From assembly GCA_003427395.1 (NCBI GenBank), contig BFEA01000036.1, forward strand, positions 3,048,364 through 3,112,363: DNA of 64,000 bases, given 5' to 3'. Shown piece after piece: positions 12,401-26,541 of the stretch. Source of the DNA: Chara braunii (Eukaryota > Plantae > Charophyceae). The notes beneath the pieces are model-generated. The model did not search any database. It was not told the origin of the DNA and saw only the letters and a list, made by a program, of their open reading frames with translations. Each line of letters opens with the position of its first letter. Position 1 is the stretch's first letter. Both the position numbers and the translations under genes were made by a program.

Positions 12401-13504
12401 TCTGCAGATCTCTCTCTGCATCAAGCAGATTGACCTGTCCATGAACATGTTGTTCAGCCTCCAAACCGGCACCATGTATTTCACCGAGCAGCTGGCAGAG
12501 GAGACCCAACAGAGTTTGTCTCCTTCCATCAATCTGATCACGGGTTTTCAGTTCTACTCCCTCTTCATCGACAAAGACTGTGAGAGGGATGGGAAAGAAG
12601 ATGAGCGGTATGAATCGGGTCAAGATAGAGGCACGCAAACACTTCCAAAGAGAGTTCATTCTGCCTAGCATGCAAATGCCGCACAATAAATAAAATTAAA
12701 AACAAAAATAAATTCCACGACGCACGCTACACTTACAACAAGAATTGTTGAAGGCAAATACAAAGAAATAGATATTATTAATTTCTAATACTATTTTGCT
12801 GTCTGACTTTCCTACTCTTTGTATGACGATATTTTGCCGTACATTACGCGTATATGTGCAAGTACCGCAGCCACGGCCAGTGTGATCAAGACATCAACAC
12901 ACAGGTGAGTATGCAAGGACACCAAAGAGCAGCCAAAAAGTAAGTAGGAAACCAACACAACAATCACGAACAATTGTTAGCCTCCTTTCTCTATAGTTGT
13001 ACAGCCTGCAGCGACCAACACACTCAACAACTCACCCAACACATGCCACGTGTCACCCCTGGCATGCCAACACAGCAGCTCGTTGGAGTCTGCCACGTCA
13101 GCACATCAAGAACCCGGAGGTATACAAGGGGGATGCCACGTTAGCAATGTGTGCTTATCACATGCTTACACTGGCATGCCACGTCAATCCCCAATCAGCA
13201 AGTAATCAGAGCACAGATACGTGTCACGTCAGACCATATCCTGCCAAGTAACAATATGCCACATCAGTGGTGTCAATGCCACGCCAGTCTGTTGCCAACG
13301 CAGATCTTCAAACTTCAACGTAGCCTGGTCATCACTTCAAGGGATGGTTGCTCTCAAGTGCACTACTACCATGTCTAGACTTGCGGTATGACCGCGCGCG
13401 TAAATAAACCTGTTTCATATTGCACTTGCAGCACCTCCCACTTACCTGGGTGCCACGTCAGCACATGTCGGCAGACAGCAGACAGCAGATCGCGATGAAG
13501 AGAT

Positions 13505-13516
13505 GCTCTGATACCA
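13505..13516 (-). promoter_or_regulatory. tRNA-iMet primer-binding site
   Basis: Minus strand TGGTATCAGAGC next to the LTR end. Confidence 0.85.
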
Positions 13517-13724
13517 AATTGTGATGAACCCAGATCGTGAGAACAGTCATCAACAATGCAAGTCCAGTTAAATGTCAATAGCTGATGAGTACCAATAATC
13601 AAGATCGTGTCCAAACAGAATGAGACGAGATATCATACACAGACGAAGAAGAGAGGAGGGAGATTAGACAAAGGAGAGGAAAAATGCAATGCCCACTCCT
13701 GCTTCGGGCTCCCTCCTCCAGCAC

Positions 13725-14138
13725 CTATGTATCACCCGCGGTCATGACCGCGGGTCATTTTACCGCATGCGGTCATGACCTCGACCACAGGGGCCGACCG
13801 TCCGCGGCCGAGTGCGGTCGGAAAACCCCGACATTTTTTATTCGTAGGATAATAGGCCAAAAAAACATCTAAAAATATGGGGTTGTAGGTTTTTTTACGC
13901 TCTACAACCTCATATTTTTTATTTTTATTTTTTGACTTCGTTTCGGATTTTTAAAAAATGGAAAACAGAAATCCCTCAAGCAAAAGTTCTTCACTTTTAT
14001 TCTTTTAGTAAGAAAAAACAAGGATTTTGTTTATTTTTTATCTCAAATTTGGTAACGAGTTTGGATATGACCGCAAGGCAAAAGTTGTTCAGTTTATTGT
14101 TTGGCATAACATATATTTTTTTGCAGATTTTTTTGAAT

Positions 14139-14169
<31 letters not shown>

Positions 14170-14206
14170 CATGACTGCAGTGACCGCGGCCGCGGGGGAT
14201 TCATAG
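13725..14206. mobile_element. hAT-type MITE
   Basis: 8-bp TSD TCCAGCAC; TIRs CTATGTATCACCCGCGG / CCGCGGGGGATTCATAG; subterminal GACCGCGG repeats. Confidence 0.85.
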
Positions 14207-14540
14207 TCCAGCACCACTTCAATATTCAACAGTCTGGACGAATATCTGAAGTAACCTCAAGGTGCCGCAGGGCACATGCCACACATCTAATTAGTTCCTC
14301 ATCTGCTCTAGAGCAATGTCGACATGAAGACCACCAGGTACGTATCACGATCTCTCCACAGTCCTGATCTTACTCTCCCTCGCAACCAGTCACCTCATGT
14401 AAGTAGTGTGGACAATGCCACATCAGCAGACGAGACAGGTGGCATATGCCACATCATCAATGAATACCAAGAACAGCGCCACGTATACGGAGCAGCACCA
14501 CATCATCATACCACGTAGACCACACGCAGCGCCAGAAATA

Positions 14541-14783
14541 CCAGAGGCAGCGCCACGTCAGCATGCCACGTAAACCATAGGCAGCGCCACATGTACCAGA
14601 GGCAGCGCCACGTCAGCATGCCACGTAGACCGTAGGCAGCGCCACATGTACAAGAGGCAGAGCCACGTCAGCATGCCCCGTAGACCATAGGCAGCGCCAT
14701 ACCAGAGGCAGCACCACGTCAGCATGCGACATAGACCGTAGGCAGCGCCACATGTACTAGAGGCAGCGCCACGTCAGCATGCC
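14541..14783. repeat. ~55-bp tandem repeat, ~4.5 copies, inside the LTR
   Basis: Unit CCAGAGGCAGCGCCACGTCAGCATGCCACGTAGACCRTAGGCAGCGCCACATGTA. Confidence 0.9.
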
Positions 14784-16589
14784 TGACTCAAAATGCCAGT
14801 GTCGCCCCTCCCTCGTGTCGTCGTCCACAGCTCTGTTGCGCAGCCACCGTCCAGCCAGCGTCGCGCTAGCATAATGCCAGCGTCAAGTCAAAGTCAAGCC
14901 TGCGTTGAACCAACATCGCAAGACTGAATGTCGTTCCCCTGTATACCCCACCTTATGTAATGTTTAACTCGGAGATCTGGCCTCCAGTCCACTAGTCACA
15001 GTCGTCCAGATTGACCCGTCGTCGAAGGTCTAGATCGTGTACAGTTGCAGTTTTCCACTTGGCTTGGATGTTGTCCGGGTACCTGCAAACAAACAAGTGT
15101 GTGTGCTTGACCGGTGGCCTGGGCTGGGTACACATTGACTTTGACCTTTGGAAATCCGGCAGTTGATTACAGTCAACTGCCTGGCGTCCAGATCCTGTAG
15201 CAGACTTAGGGCCTTTGCCCCCTTATGTGGCCTGGACTAAGGGTTGCCACGTTCGGCCCTCAGACGACATATGGCATGGGTTATTACAGAAGCAACTATG
15301 TACCAAAGCATGAAATTTAATAAGAATTGCACAAAAAATCACTGCGATCAATTCAGGAAGAAATCAGTCCGGAATAATCTAATTCATACAAAAAATACTA
15401 TCAAAATACTATCGAAAAAAGTAATCAGCAAAAGCATGTTTGATCATCAGGCGAAAACAAATACAAGATCGTACCCAGTCAATCGGAAAATCAGTCAATC
15501 CTGAAACCAGCGTTCAAACCTGCGAGTATCCAAAAGTCCAAGACACGACCCTCCCTTCCAGAACCTCACCTCCACACATCACCGACCTAAGGCATCTCGG
15601 CCGTCATTCAACCACTCCAGTCAATCAAACCCGAACGATGACAGCAACGGACCGCAGCGCGTTTACCAAAAATATCCATGCCACGTTGCATAATCTAGCT
15701 ATTGAACCCGCCAACAGCTCCCCGCAGGCAGTCCCAGAAGAGGAGAACTCGTGACCTTACCAAGTATTGCACCTTCTCATAGAGATAAGCAACAGCAGTA
15801 GACTACCTCTCCGTGCGCTAGGAAGCTCAGAAACGACCCACCAAACCCCAACAACCACCTTCCGTTGTCCCCAATACCGCAGCAAGAGTCCACCCTGCCC
15901 ACACTTGCTCCATCACAATCGCTTTCACCCCTCACTCACCTTCTTCCTCTCCATCATCAGCTTCCCCCACCATTTCGCACCATAACTCGACGTCCTCGCA
16001 CCGCCTACATCGTGTATCGGCGCCGCCAATCGTCACAATCAGCCCATCGTGCTGACCCGGTTTCGCGTCGTGGAAATGTCGGGGCGCAGCGCTCCCGGTA
16101 GCGCTGCGCCCCATCCGATCAACTGCATGATTCCTCCCTTTCTTACTTTGTTAATTGCTATGTTACACTATCCCTTCCTGTATATTACAGTATTTGGGGA
16201 AACTAGGTGGGGGTCACCTTAGGAACAGCATTCTTTTGTCATAAGGTCATATAAAATAAGTTGACAGTAGAAGTACTTAATCACAGGTTAGAGTGAATAA
16301 GATATGTATGCTTGAATTGGATGCGTTTGTGAGAGTAGGGGAGGGATGCGGGTCTGCCCTAAGTTGGGGCCGAGGAGGAGTGTTTGTGATCAGGGCAGTC
16401 CCTTTTGGTGCAAGCAAAGCAGGAGCAGGGGGACAAGGAGGAGGAGTGGGAGAATTTCCACATCTGGTTCTTCAAAACCATCACGGTCCACCAGGGATCA
16501 CTCTGAACCTTTCCTTATGCTCCCAGCTACAATACTGAGATGATGATAACCTGCAAGAGCTAAAACAAACAATAGAACAAGGAAACGGC

Positions 16590-16790
16590 CTGATGAAGAG
16601 CTGCTCCCCTAATGATGACCTCCCTGATGAAGAGCAGCTCCCCTAATGATGACCTCCTTGATGAAGACCAGCTCCCCTAATGATGACCTTCCTGATGACG
16701 AACAGCTGCATCCCAGATGATGACCTCCCTGTTGATAATGATGGCCAGCGTTGTGATGATGCTGACGAATAGCTCCCTGATGATCTCCCT
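16590..16790. repeat. 34-bp minisatellite, degenerating rightwards
   Basis: CTGATGAAGAGCAGCTCCCCTAATGATGACCTCC at 16590, 16624, 16658 onward. Confidence 0.85.
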
Positions 16791-17159
16791 CCGCACACTC
16801 CAATCGTGTGATAACCTTTGCACTTTGCGCTCCATTCTAGTCTACCATCCAACACACTTCAGTCTCCATGGGGTTAACTCCATGTTCCTCCACCGACCGT
16901 TGGCTTGCACCGACTCGCTTGAGCAAATACAGCCTCCTGCTGGGGCATTGGCTATGGAGTACTTCATGCGGAAGTCACCAGAAGAATGATCAAGCAGCAG
17001 CTTTTGCCACCACTCTCCCTTCTTCCTGTGACTCAGACCAGATGCCACGTCAGCCCGTGACATGGCGTGGCCTAGCACCTCTGGTTTCTGCGCGTGCGTC
17101 AAGCGCCACCTCCTACCCCCTCACCACATCACCAATATGCTTGCCCACTCGTGTTTACC

Positions 17160-17335
17160 CACCAGCAGCCAGCGCCTCACCCCGTGAAAGCTGCCAGCAC
17201 CTCACCACGTGTGAAAAACCAGCGCCTCGTCCCTCTCAAAAGGCCAGCACTTCACCACGTGTCGGCAGCCAGCACCTCGCCACTCGTGAGCAACCAGCGC
17301 CATACCTCCCAACCGCAACCAGCGCCTCGCCCGCC
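17160..17335. repeat. Degenerate tandem repeat (CCAGCACCTCACCACGTG / CCAGCGCCTC units)
   Basis: Direct. Confidence 0.6.
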
Positions 17336-18252
17336 CGTCTAGCAGAAGTCTCATGATCCCCCCTATGCCGAGCAATCCCTGATTCGTTGCCAGCGCCTAG
17401 ACTATCATGTAGGCAAGCAGCTCAGGCTCGATTTGACACCAGTACTAGTTGAGAATCTTGAGATGTTCTACGTTTCCAAATATGTTTTCTGATGGGACGC
17501 TGGCCCTCGCTGCACCCGGTTCCCAGCGCGTGCTGCTCCCCACGAATAGATTGGAGCATTCTTTTTGTTAAAAAAAAGAACAAGAAAAAAGGAGATGTTC
17601 AGGGTCTAGGTTAGCTGGGTTTTGTCGAGGGTGGACGGTGATCCACAGGGCAATCATGGACTTCTGCCAGCAGTGCCAGGTCAGTGATAGTTGATGCTGG
17701 GGCAGGTTGCGCTGCCCTGTATCCTGGCACGATGGGGGCGTGAGGCTGGGTTTAGGTCTGGGTGCTTGAACAGGACAACTAGGTCTGGTGTTCGGATGGA
17801 CGATAGTGTCACTAGGAATGTAGGCCTTGGTGGATGTAATAGTTTTGTGTGGTTCATAATGATCTTCTTATTATTTTCTTAATTGGAGCTGGGTAGCTGC
17901 TTGGGACTTTCCAAATGTACCATGATCACAGTTCATATCATTCTCAAGAAACCCTATAAGGGACGCTCGGCCTGGTTCCCTATAAGGAGTGATATGTATG
18001 CTTGAAGTCAGGTAAGTGTCACTCTTAGGCGTGATTTAGTACCACTTTCTACAGGTTTCATGACATAATGACAAAGGAATGTTCTTCCTCAGACTGCATT
18101 CCTTCAGTTTGTCCAGTAGCAAAGGCTCAAAAACTAAACAAACAACTGAGAAATTTGGGACATTTAATTTCGTGCAATCAAAATAAAAAATGTCAGTTTC
18201 AACGAAATACTGTATCTATAAGTTAATGTCTCAGAAGACAAATAGCTACTGT

Positions 18253-18343
<91 letters not shown>

Positions 18344-19782
18344 TGNNNNNNNNNNNNNNNNNNNNNNNNNNNNNNNNNNNNNNNNNNNNNNNNNNNNNNN
18401 NNNNNNNNNNNNNNNNNNNNNNNNNNNNNNNNNNNNNNNNNNNNNNNNNNNNNNNNNNNNNNNNNNNNNNNNNNNNNNNNNNNNNNNNNNNNNNNNNNNN
18501 NNNNNNNNNNNNNNNNNNNNNNNNNNNNNNNNNNNNNNNNNNNNNNNNNNNNNNNNNNNNNNNNNNNNNNNNNNNNNNNNNNNNNNNNNNNNNNNNNNNN
18601 NNNNNNNNNNNNNNNNNNNNNNNNNNNNNNNNNNNNNNNNNNNNNNNNNNNNNNNNNNNNNNNNNNNNNNNNNNNNNNNNNNNNNNNNNNNNNNNNNNNN
18701 NNNNNNNNNNNNNNNNNNNNNNNNNNNNNNNNNNNNNNNNNNNNNNNNNNNNNNNNNNNNNNNNNNNNNNNNNNNNNNNNNNNNNNNNNNNNNNNNNNNN
18801 NNNNNNNNNNNNNNNNNNNNNNNNNNNNNNNNNNNNNNNNNNNNNNNNNNNNNNNNNNNNNNNNNNNNNNNNNNNNNNNNNNNNNNNNNNNNNNNNNNNN
18901 NNNNNNNNNNNNNNNNNNNNNNNNNNNNNNNNNNNNNNNNNNNNNNNNNNNNNNNNNNNNNNNNNNNNNNNNNNNNNNNNNNNNNNNNNNNNNNNNNNNN
19001 NNNNNNNNNNNNNNNNNNNNNNNNNNNNNNNNNNNNNNNNNNNNNNNNNNNNNNNNNNNNNNNNNNNNNNNNNNNNNNNNNNNNNNNNNNNNNNNNNNNN
19101 NNNNNNNNNNNNNNNNNNNNNNNNNNNNNNNNNNNNNNNNNNNNNNNNNNNNNNNNNNNNNNNNNNNNNNNNNNNNNNNNGGGCAAGGGAAGGCAAGGGA
19201 GGGGAATTGGAGCTTGTATGGAATGGGCAACAGGGGGATGGAACAGGGCCGGGGAGTGTCAAAACAAGACACACTAGGCTGCGTTCACCGATTGTGACGG
19301 ACCCGCAGCTATGGCGGTCCTGTCAGTCTCAAGATGAAGGGGTGAAGAAGGAGGAGATGGAGATGGACCTGGAGGGGACAGCACAGCTCCAAAGCAGACT
19401 CAACACTCACGTACTCCAAGATGTGCAAAATTATGAAGAATGAATAAAGGGACTCACTGGATTGAAGTCACTGGACTGGACTGGTACCGACAGTGGTACC
19501 GGACTGGATTGGACTGAATAGACACACGGCCTGTGAGGGCAGGCCACGACAGGCTGAACAGACACACAGCCAAATAACCCTGGCTATAGGCCAGGGTAGA
19601 TAGAGGCCCACTACCGTAACGCCATTTTCCAATCTTTCCCGTGCAGTGACACCACGGCAAATATCTGCACACTTCAGAACTCGTTTCCCAAAAAGAAAAA
19701 AAGAAAAAAGAGGGGCATGATTCGGTCAATGTCCAGACGTCCAGTGGGCCCGGGCAATGTCCAGACGTCCAGTGGACACCTG

Positions 19783-19984
19783 GGGCGAGGTCCCACTAGC
19801 AACATGGATTGGATTGAACGCCTGAATCTAGATGTCGTTCCTGGAAAAGTGCAGAAATTCGAGATTGAACTTACTTTCTGCATCTCTGCCTAAAACACGC
19901 CCTCTAACTTTCTGCATCTCTGCCTAAAACACGCCCACATTCAGGATCTTAATTCCAATCCCTGTTGCTAGTGGAACCATGCTC
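19783..19984. mobile_element. Harbinger-like MITE (1349-1514 family)
   Basis: GGTCCCACTAGCAAC...GTTGCTAGTGGAACC; TSD CTG. Confidence 0.7.
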
Positions 19985-20346
19985 CTGGACTCAGAGAAGA
20001 GTCAAAGTATATGGTGGAAATACAACGTGCAGGACATTGTGTGAAGGGCACTATTATAGCAGTCAACGTTTTTCTCACGTACAAAAAAAATGACATTTCT
20101 CTACGTGCATTGTACTTCGTTGCAAGGGGTTTTTCCTCTGTGTTGTACTCCATTCTACTCTACAAGGGGCACCACTTTCAATTGATGAAAAGAAGAACTT
20201 GTCAAAAAAGTTCTGAAAAAAGAACATTTGTACTAGAAACTTAGAAAACATGATTCTGAGCAACTTTCATAAGCAAGTAACTGGCAGTTGAAGGTATTAT
20301 GTTCTCAAATGTGTCCCTTTATGGAGTGATGTAAAATAGACTTTAA

Positions 20347-20887
20347 ACCGCCAGTATTTGGCCCAGCTATCGGCCGCGGCGGGCTTCGGGGTACCGGACC
20401 ACAATGGCTGGAAGCGCCAGCCACAAGAAAATTGAGACGGTACCCCGGCGCTCCGGCCAAAATTGGCGCGCAGGGGCTTTCCAGGCTCGGCATCGATAGC
20501 TGGGCCAAGTACTGGTGGTTTAATAGAGGTAATACATAACCAGGTTGATCATCATATTTAAACCACCAGTACTTGGCCCAGCTATGGCTGCCGAGCCTGA
20601 AAACGGGCTGCGTGCCGTTTCGCCCCAACCCGCCAGGGCAACAAAAAAAACTTGTTTTGGCTGGCGGCGCCAGCGTTTTAGAGCTGGTACCCTGAGCCTC
20701 CGGAAGTGTTGACAGATGTATGGGTCAAGTACTGGTGGTTTAAACCACCAGTACTTGGCCCAGCTATCAGCCGCCGAAAAAAATAGAGTAGAAATGTTTC
20801 TAGTTGGATGAATTTGGGCGCTCCTGTAGTGGCCCGTGCGTAAATCGCGTAGCGTTAAGGGGCACGACTTTAGGAAGTATTGGTGGT
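20347..20887. mobile_element. Cluster of three TTAA-specific MITEs (20347-20519, 20562-20739, 20744-20887)
   Basis: Each is bounded by ACCRCCAGTAYTT TIRs and TTAA; copies 2 and 3 share one TTAA. Confidence 0.85.
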
Positions 20888-20982
20888 TTAATGATATGCC
20901 ATGTGAAACAATGTCCCAGATGCCAGACGGGAGAGGGCATGCCTGCAGCTGTAATGATTTTTTACTATAATCACAATCTTGG

Positions 20983-21148
20983 CGGTGAGATCGCACTAGC
21001 ACAGAGGATTAGATTTAACGCCTGAATCTGGACGTGTTTGAGGACAGATACAGAAAACTGTGATCTATCTGCTTTTCTGCATCTCCGCTAAGACCCTATC
21101 CAGATTCAAGTACTTAATCCGATCCACTTTGCAAGTGGGACCTAGCCC
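20983..21148. mobile_element. Harbinger-like MITE (1349-1514 family, inverted)
   Basis: Internal sequence is the reverse complement of 1349-1514. Confidence 0.65.
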
Positions 21149-22875
21149 CGGGAATGCAAAATCATCCTCTGGGGACAAGGCCAGATGAGGAAGGGCGCAC
21201 TGTTCCAGGAAATTTTGTTAAGAACCCAGGCAGAAGATATGGTCTGTAGGAGTAGGCAATCTGGGAAAGAAGATGGCCATTAAACTGACTAATTTAGTCA
21301 ATGATGTAAAATTCATGGGCAAAGTGAGTTGGAAGCCCACATACTGCGTAGTTGCTGTGCCATAGCCATCGCTTGTTGGATGATGGACTCCTCCTTGTTC
21401 TTCAAGCCTATCCCCTCCCCCCCCCCAAACCCCTTGCGCAGGGCGGCAGGGGCCATTCTGATCTTCTCTCTATCCTTCCAATTTTAACCTTGACTATATA
21501 TGATCCCCCTTGTGTTCTCATCTTGTGTTCGTCCTGGCTGGAATTTTTGGTCGTCGCAACTTGTGATGGTGTGCCATGTTAATCTGTGTCCGCCCCCTCA
21601 GTTGACCAATATCACAACAATCCCCAGACCCAGTCCTGAGGCCCAGTTCCTAGGCCCAGACTCTAGTCCCACTCGGATCGTCAGAACTTTCCTTGTCAAT
21701 CTAACAGAATCTGATCATGTCGCTGACATGTGTATAATAATTTGTTAATATTTATCTAGTCATCCCTGCACCCTAAACGCCAGGGCAAAGGGGCAAACAT
21801 GTCGTTTCCTCTCTCCACCAAGAGAGCTAACCTCCCTTCATCGAAGAGAGGTAGACAGCTATCCTTGCAGGGGTCCCCTGTATAGCCTTAGGAGTAGTGG
21901 AACGTAGTGAAAGAAAGATATTCCATGACATGGCAGAACACCAGTTAAAACATACGTGAGGTGAGAGAAAAATATATGGCTGTCCCCCGATGAGGAGAAG
22001 GCAGCTTTATTAAAAAAAAAAAAAAAAAAAAAAAACTAGGCTAACAGCTGGGCCGCCCGAGTCACACTATTTTCCCGGGCATCCCGGCCATGCAAGGATC
22101 AGGGAAGGTCTCAAGACTCCCAGCCAAAACAAAAAAACAACAACAACTATGTTATGCAGAAAAATACGCTGAACAACTTTTTTTATTTTATTTTTTTTGG
22201 GACAAAAGCTCCTATCTATACATGGGGAGCATCACGTGCTGAGAACTGGGCTCAGCGTCCCTTTGAAGTACAACTGAGAATACGTAACACATTTCAAATT
22301 CCGGGGCCGTTACCCAGCTTCGGCTAGGAAAACAATCCGTCAATTACCTATGAGAAACAACTGCAGTTCTCAGAAAACTGCCTATGATCTACCCAACCAC
22401 AATCCAAACCAGGAAACAGAAGATCCTAACTAAAAGCTCCTACTGTTTACACCTCCCTTTCAACAATGTAATTGAGAGAAATGGATTGAGGTCGGGGACC
22501 TCACAATTCAACCCAGTACAGCTCGTGCCATTACCCAGTTTCGGCCAATGCTGGAAAGCAGGTCCAGAGTCCCAACCACTTCTCGCTAAGTCCAAAACTT
22601 CTCAAAATCAAGGTTAAGCTCAAGATGTCATAGCTAAGTCCGGTTACAAGTTGACAAAGATTCTCTCACTGAACAGTCCTATTATAAAGGAGGGCCAAAC
22701 ACAACCCCCTGCAACCTTACTGCAGAAATCCTGATGACACTGATGTCGTTCCACATTCTTCGAAACGATGACGGGCCTTTAGCAGATCAAAACTTCGTCT
22801 GAGTCAATCCGCTTTTACATTTCATGATGTTCGCTCTATTCTATCAGCAACGAGTCCTGCCAATCTCCCCATTAA

Positions 22876-22944
<69 letters not shown>

Positions 22945-24008
22945 NNNNNNNNNNNNNNNNNNNNNNNNNNNNNNNNNNNNNNNNNNNNNNNNNNNNNNNN
23001 NNNNNNNNNNNNNNNNNNNNNNNNNNNNNNNNNNNNNNNNNNNNNNNNNNNNNNNNNNNNNNNNNNNNNNNNNNNNNNNNNNNNNNNNNNNNNNNNNNNN
23101 NNNNNNNNNNNNNNNNNNNNNNNNNNNNNNNNNNNNNNNNNNNNNNNNNNNNNNNNNNNNNNNNNNNNNNNNNNNNNNNNNNNNNNNNNNNNNNNNNNNN
23201 NNNNNNNNNNNNNNNNNNNNNNNNNNNNNNNNNNNNNNNNNNNNNNNNNNNNNNNNNNNNNNNNNNNNNNNNNNNNNNNNNNNNNNNNNNNNNNNNNNNN
23301 NNNNNNNNNNNNNNNNNNNNNNNNNNNNNNNNNNNNNNNNNNNNNNNNNNNNNNNNNNNNNNNNNNNNNNNNNNNNNNNNNNNNNNNNNNNNNNNNNNNN
23401 NNNNNNNNNNNNNNNNNNNNNNNNNNNNNNNNNNNNNNNNNNNNNNNNNNNNNNNNNNNNNNNNNNNNNNNNNNNNNNNNNNNNNNNNNNNNNNNNNNNN
23501 NNNNNNNNNNNNNNNNNNNNNNNNNNNNNNNNNNNNNNNNNNNNNNNNNNNNNNNNNNNNNNNNNNNNNNNNNNNNNNNNNNNNNNNNNNNNNNNNNNNN
23601 NNNNNNNNNNNNNNNNNNNNNNNNNNNNNNNNNNNNNNNNNNNNNNNNNNNNNNNNNNNNNNNNNNNNNNNNNNNNNNNNNNNNNNNNNNNNNNNNNNNN
23701 NNNNNNNNNNNNNNNNNNNNNNNNNNNNNNNNNNNNNNNNNNNNNNNNNNNNNNNNNNNNNNNNNNNNNNNNNNNNNNNNNNNNNNNNNNNNNNNNNNNN
23801 NNNNNNNNNNNNNNNNNNNNNNNNNNNNNNNNNNNNNNNNNNNNNNNNNNNNNNNNNNNNNNNNNNCCCTATGGCCTATCTATTTCGAAGTCTCCACCCG
23901 GTTTTCGACCTTTGTGCTTTACAAATTTTCTACGCTATCCTTTATTATGCAACTTTACAAACGAAATCGGATGGCCTAGTCTAAGCAAATCTACCTTTTT
24001 CTGCATGG

Positions 24009-24070
<62 letters not shown>

Positions 24071-24724
24071 GCTTACTTAGAAGGATCTAGTCTACGCCAA
24101 TCTTCACAGTTCAACCCTAATCCACCTTATCCATCGATGCTTAAAAATGTGACTAATCTTCTAAACGGCGTTTTCCTTGAAAATGAACTGTTTTGTAAAA
24201 AGTGAACATAATGAAATTAATGAAGTAACCGAAAAAAAGGTAAATTGTAGAACAAAAAAATAGGATTTTAATATTTCGGCACAATGTAAACCTTGAGCAG
24301 AGAAGTGTCGAAATGATTAGAATATAAACGAAAAGAAAGACATCATATGCGAAGGAAAGAATTGCGAAATTTGTAAAACACTTGACACATTCAAACAAAG
24401 CGCAGCTCTCCAAAGTCCAAGACCTTAAGTTGCTTCAAACTATAACAACACCCTTCATATGGAGACAGTGGAAGGGAAATTTAATGCAAAAGTTCAATTA
24501 TATTAAAAGCAAAGCAGTGCCACTTACATCAGCTCAATGGTGCGTCTATGAACTCTTAAAATTACACATTGTCAAAATCTTCGTCAAAGTCCTTAGACTA
24601 TAATTGAAATCGACTTGACTACCGGGCACTGCCAGATAACACTTGAAAACGATGATGTAAGGCTATCGACTTGAATCAGATCTAGTACGCAATGGACATG
24701 TTAATACGATCAGCGTGATAAATT

Positions 24725-25383
24725 TCACGGTCTCCTCATGTGAATTGTCCAATCTTCTACAGTGTTCGTCTCATTATGCCCATCGAACGTGGGGTCCTTG
24801 TACTTTACGTAAGTTTCTATGACTTCATACTCGCGCAGCAGAAGACTTTGTACATATGTAATCGCTGTGTCCACGAGCCCATCCACAAGTGCTTTGAGCG
24901 ACGGTTGGTCCATGATCCTCCTTCGAAATGTTTCCCGTCTTCGTCTGTCGATGTCATGTGCATTGGATATGTTTACACTTGTGGAATAATCGTTATGAAT
25001 AAAAAAAGAAAGTTTGCAGCGCCCTTGGATATTTGACGCTGCACAGTACAAGGCCATCACCTTGAAGTCGTTGTGGTAGAACTTCACTGCTGAATAGTAC
25101 AATTCTGAATACGGTGTGAGCGCTTCTCGCGAATATTCTCTTGTTTCACAACACCTACGACCACAAATATACAAACAATGTTAAGGATAATGCTCCCAGC
25201 AATCCGATGCGACATCCACACCTCTGACACTGAGTACTGCATCATCGAAAACCACTTCAGGTGTGAAAAAGATAGACCCCATATCATGCCATACATTTCT
25301 GCCCCACACCATATTGCTTGGCGGTCATCCAGTCGTTGAATGAACCATTCTGCAACATATGAAATACACAAGCTCAATGACAA
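24725..25383 (-). pseudogene. Possible frameshifted accessory ORF of unknown function
   Basis: Two overlapping protein-like frames downstream of the transposase; no recognised motif. Confidence 0.3.
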
Positions 25384-26021
25384 CTAATTGATACAACAAT
25401 ACGCTCGAATGAAATATGATTACCTCTTCTCAACGACCTACTTAAAGTCTACTAATCTTCATCATCGAGAAGTAAAAGGCAAGTCAATGCAATATAGTTT
25501 AACTATATATGAATGGAAGCTCAATGACAAGTAAATGGTACACCAACACGCACGAAATGAGGTCTTCTCAGTGACTTATCCTATTGGTCTTCATCATCGG
25601 GAAGTGAAAGACATGCCAAGGTTTTCTCTCTGACCGATTTGGGAATGTGCACTCCATTTTTCAAATGCAACGTCCTTGATGACCAGCTCCACAAAACACA
25701 GTCCACGTGATGCCATTGTTGTGCTGTTGTGTTGTCTTTCTTCCATATCTTCTTCCATGCATTTGCATATTGCAGAGAAAAACATTTGACGACAGGTTGT
25801 GACACTGAATATTCAATAAGAACATGATTGAAAGCAGGCGACTTTCTATCGTTGTCAATATCAGAAATGACTTTACTCATCCACACGGGAACTCCCTGAT
25901 CGATATCATCTTGCGAAGGACGCAAGAGAACGAATTGAACCTTTTCGACATCCACAACCGGGTCGAGCTCTGCTTTTAGACGCTCATTGGCTGGCTTGAT
26001 GAACAACGGTTCCTTATTCTC

Positions 26022-26541
26022 CAACAGAAAAATTCCCACGAGAAATGAAAGTTGAAAACACATTCCATAAAAAAAAATCGTTCATACTTATAAATTATCA
26101 TTCCAATGTTCATCCAATTCTAAAATTTTCAGTTTTATTTGATAAGTTCCCGTCTAAGTATGAGTTTTCCCTTCCAATTACATCTATTTGTTCAAGATAG
26201 AATGAAAGTCTGGATGAGTTTATGAAAAATTTTAATTAAACTTTCATTCTACTACAATAATTTTTTCTAATTTAGATTGAATTAACCTATTTATGACTGA
26301 AATTTCTTACCTGGAATGAAAGCCCAATAAAAATATTTCATGAACTCATCCAGACTTTCATTCCATCTCTAGCATGCAGTTCAAATAAGAAGGGATACCT
26401 CATTCTTGGAAGAAAAGTTTTCAAGTAAGATGAAAAATTTTAAAATTGAAACGACATTTTTTAAGATGGAATGAAAATTTAAAATTTAGAACGTAACTTT
26501 ACTATAGAATGATTATTTAATTTTGGAAATTTTTTCTGTTG
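26022..26541 (-). mobile_element. 520-bp AT-rich MITE, CAACAG...CTGTTG termini, 2-bp TSD
   Basis: TIR CAACAGAAAAATT; TSD TC on + strand; excision restores NNENKEPLF. Confidence 0.85.

Larger units (their letters stand above)
13520..15288 (-). mobile_element. 5' LTR of the Gypsy element (outer boundary approximate)
   Basis: Starts TGTGATG beside the PBS and plausibly ends ...TTACA; contains a hAT MITE and a 55-bp tandem repeat. Confidence 0.6.

Noticed and set aside
7387-23984. Long ORFs with poly-X, HT, RE or SL runs
   Set aside because: These are artefacts of N-gaps and dinucleotide microsatellites.
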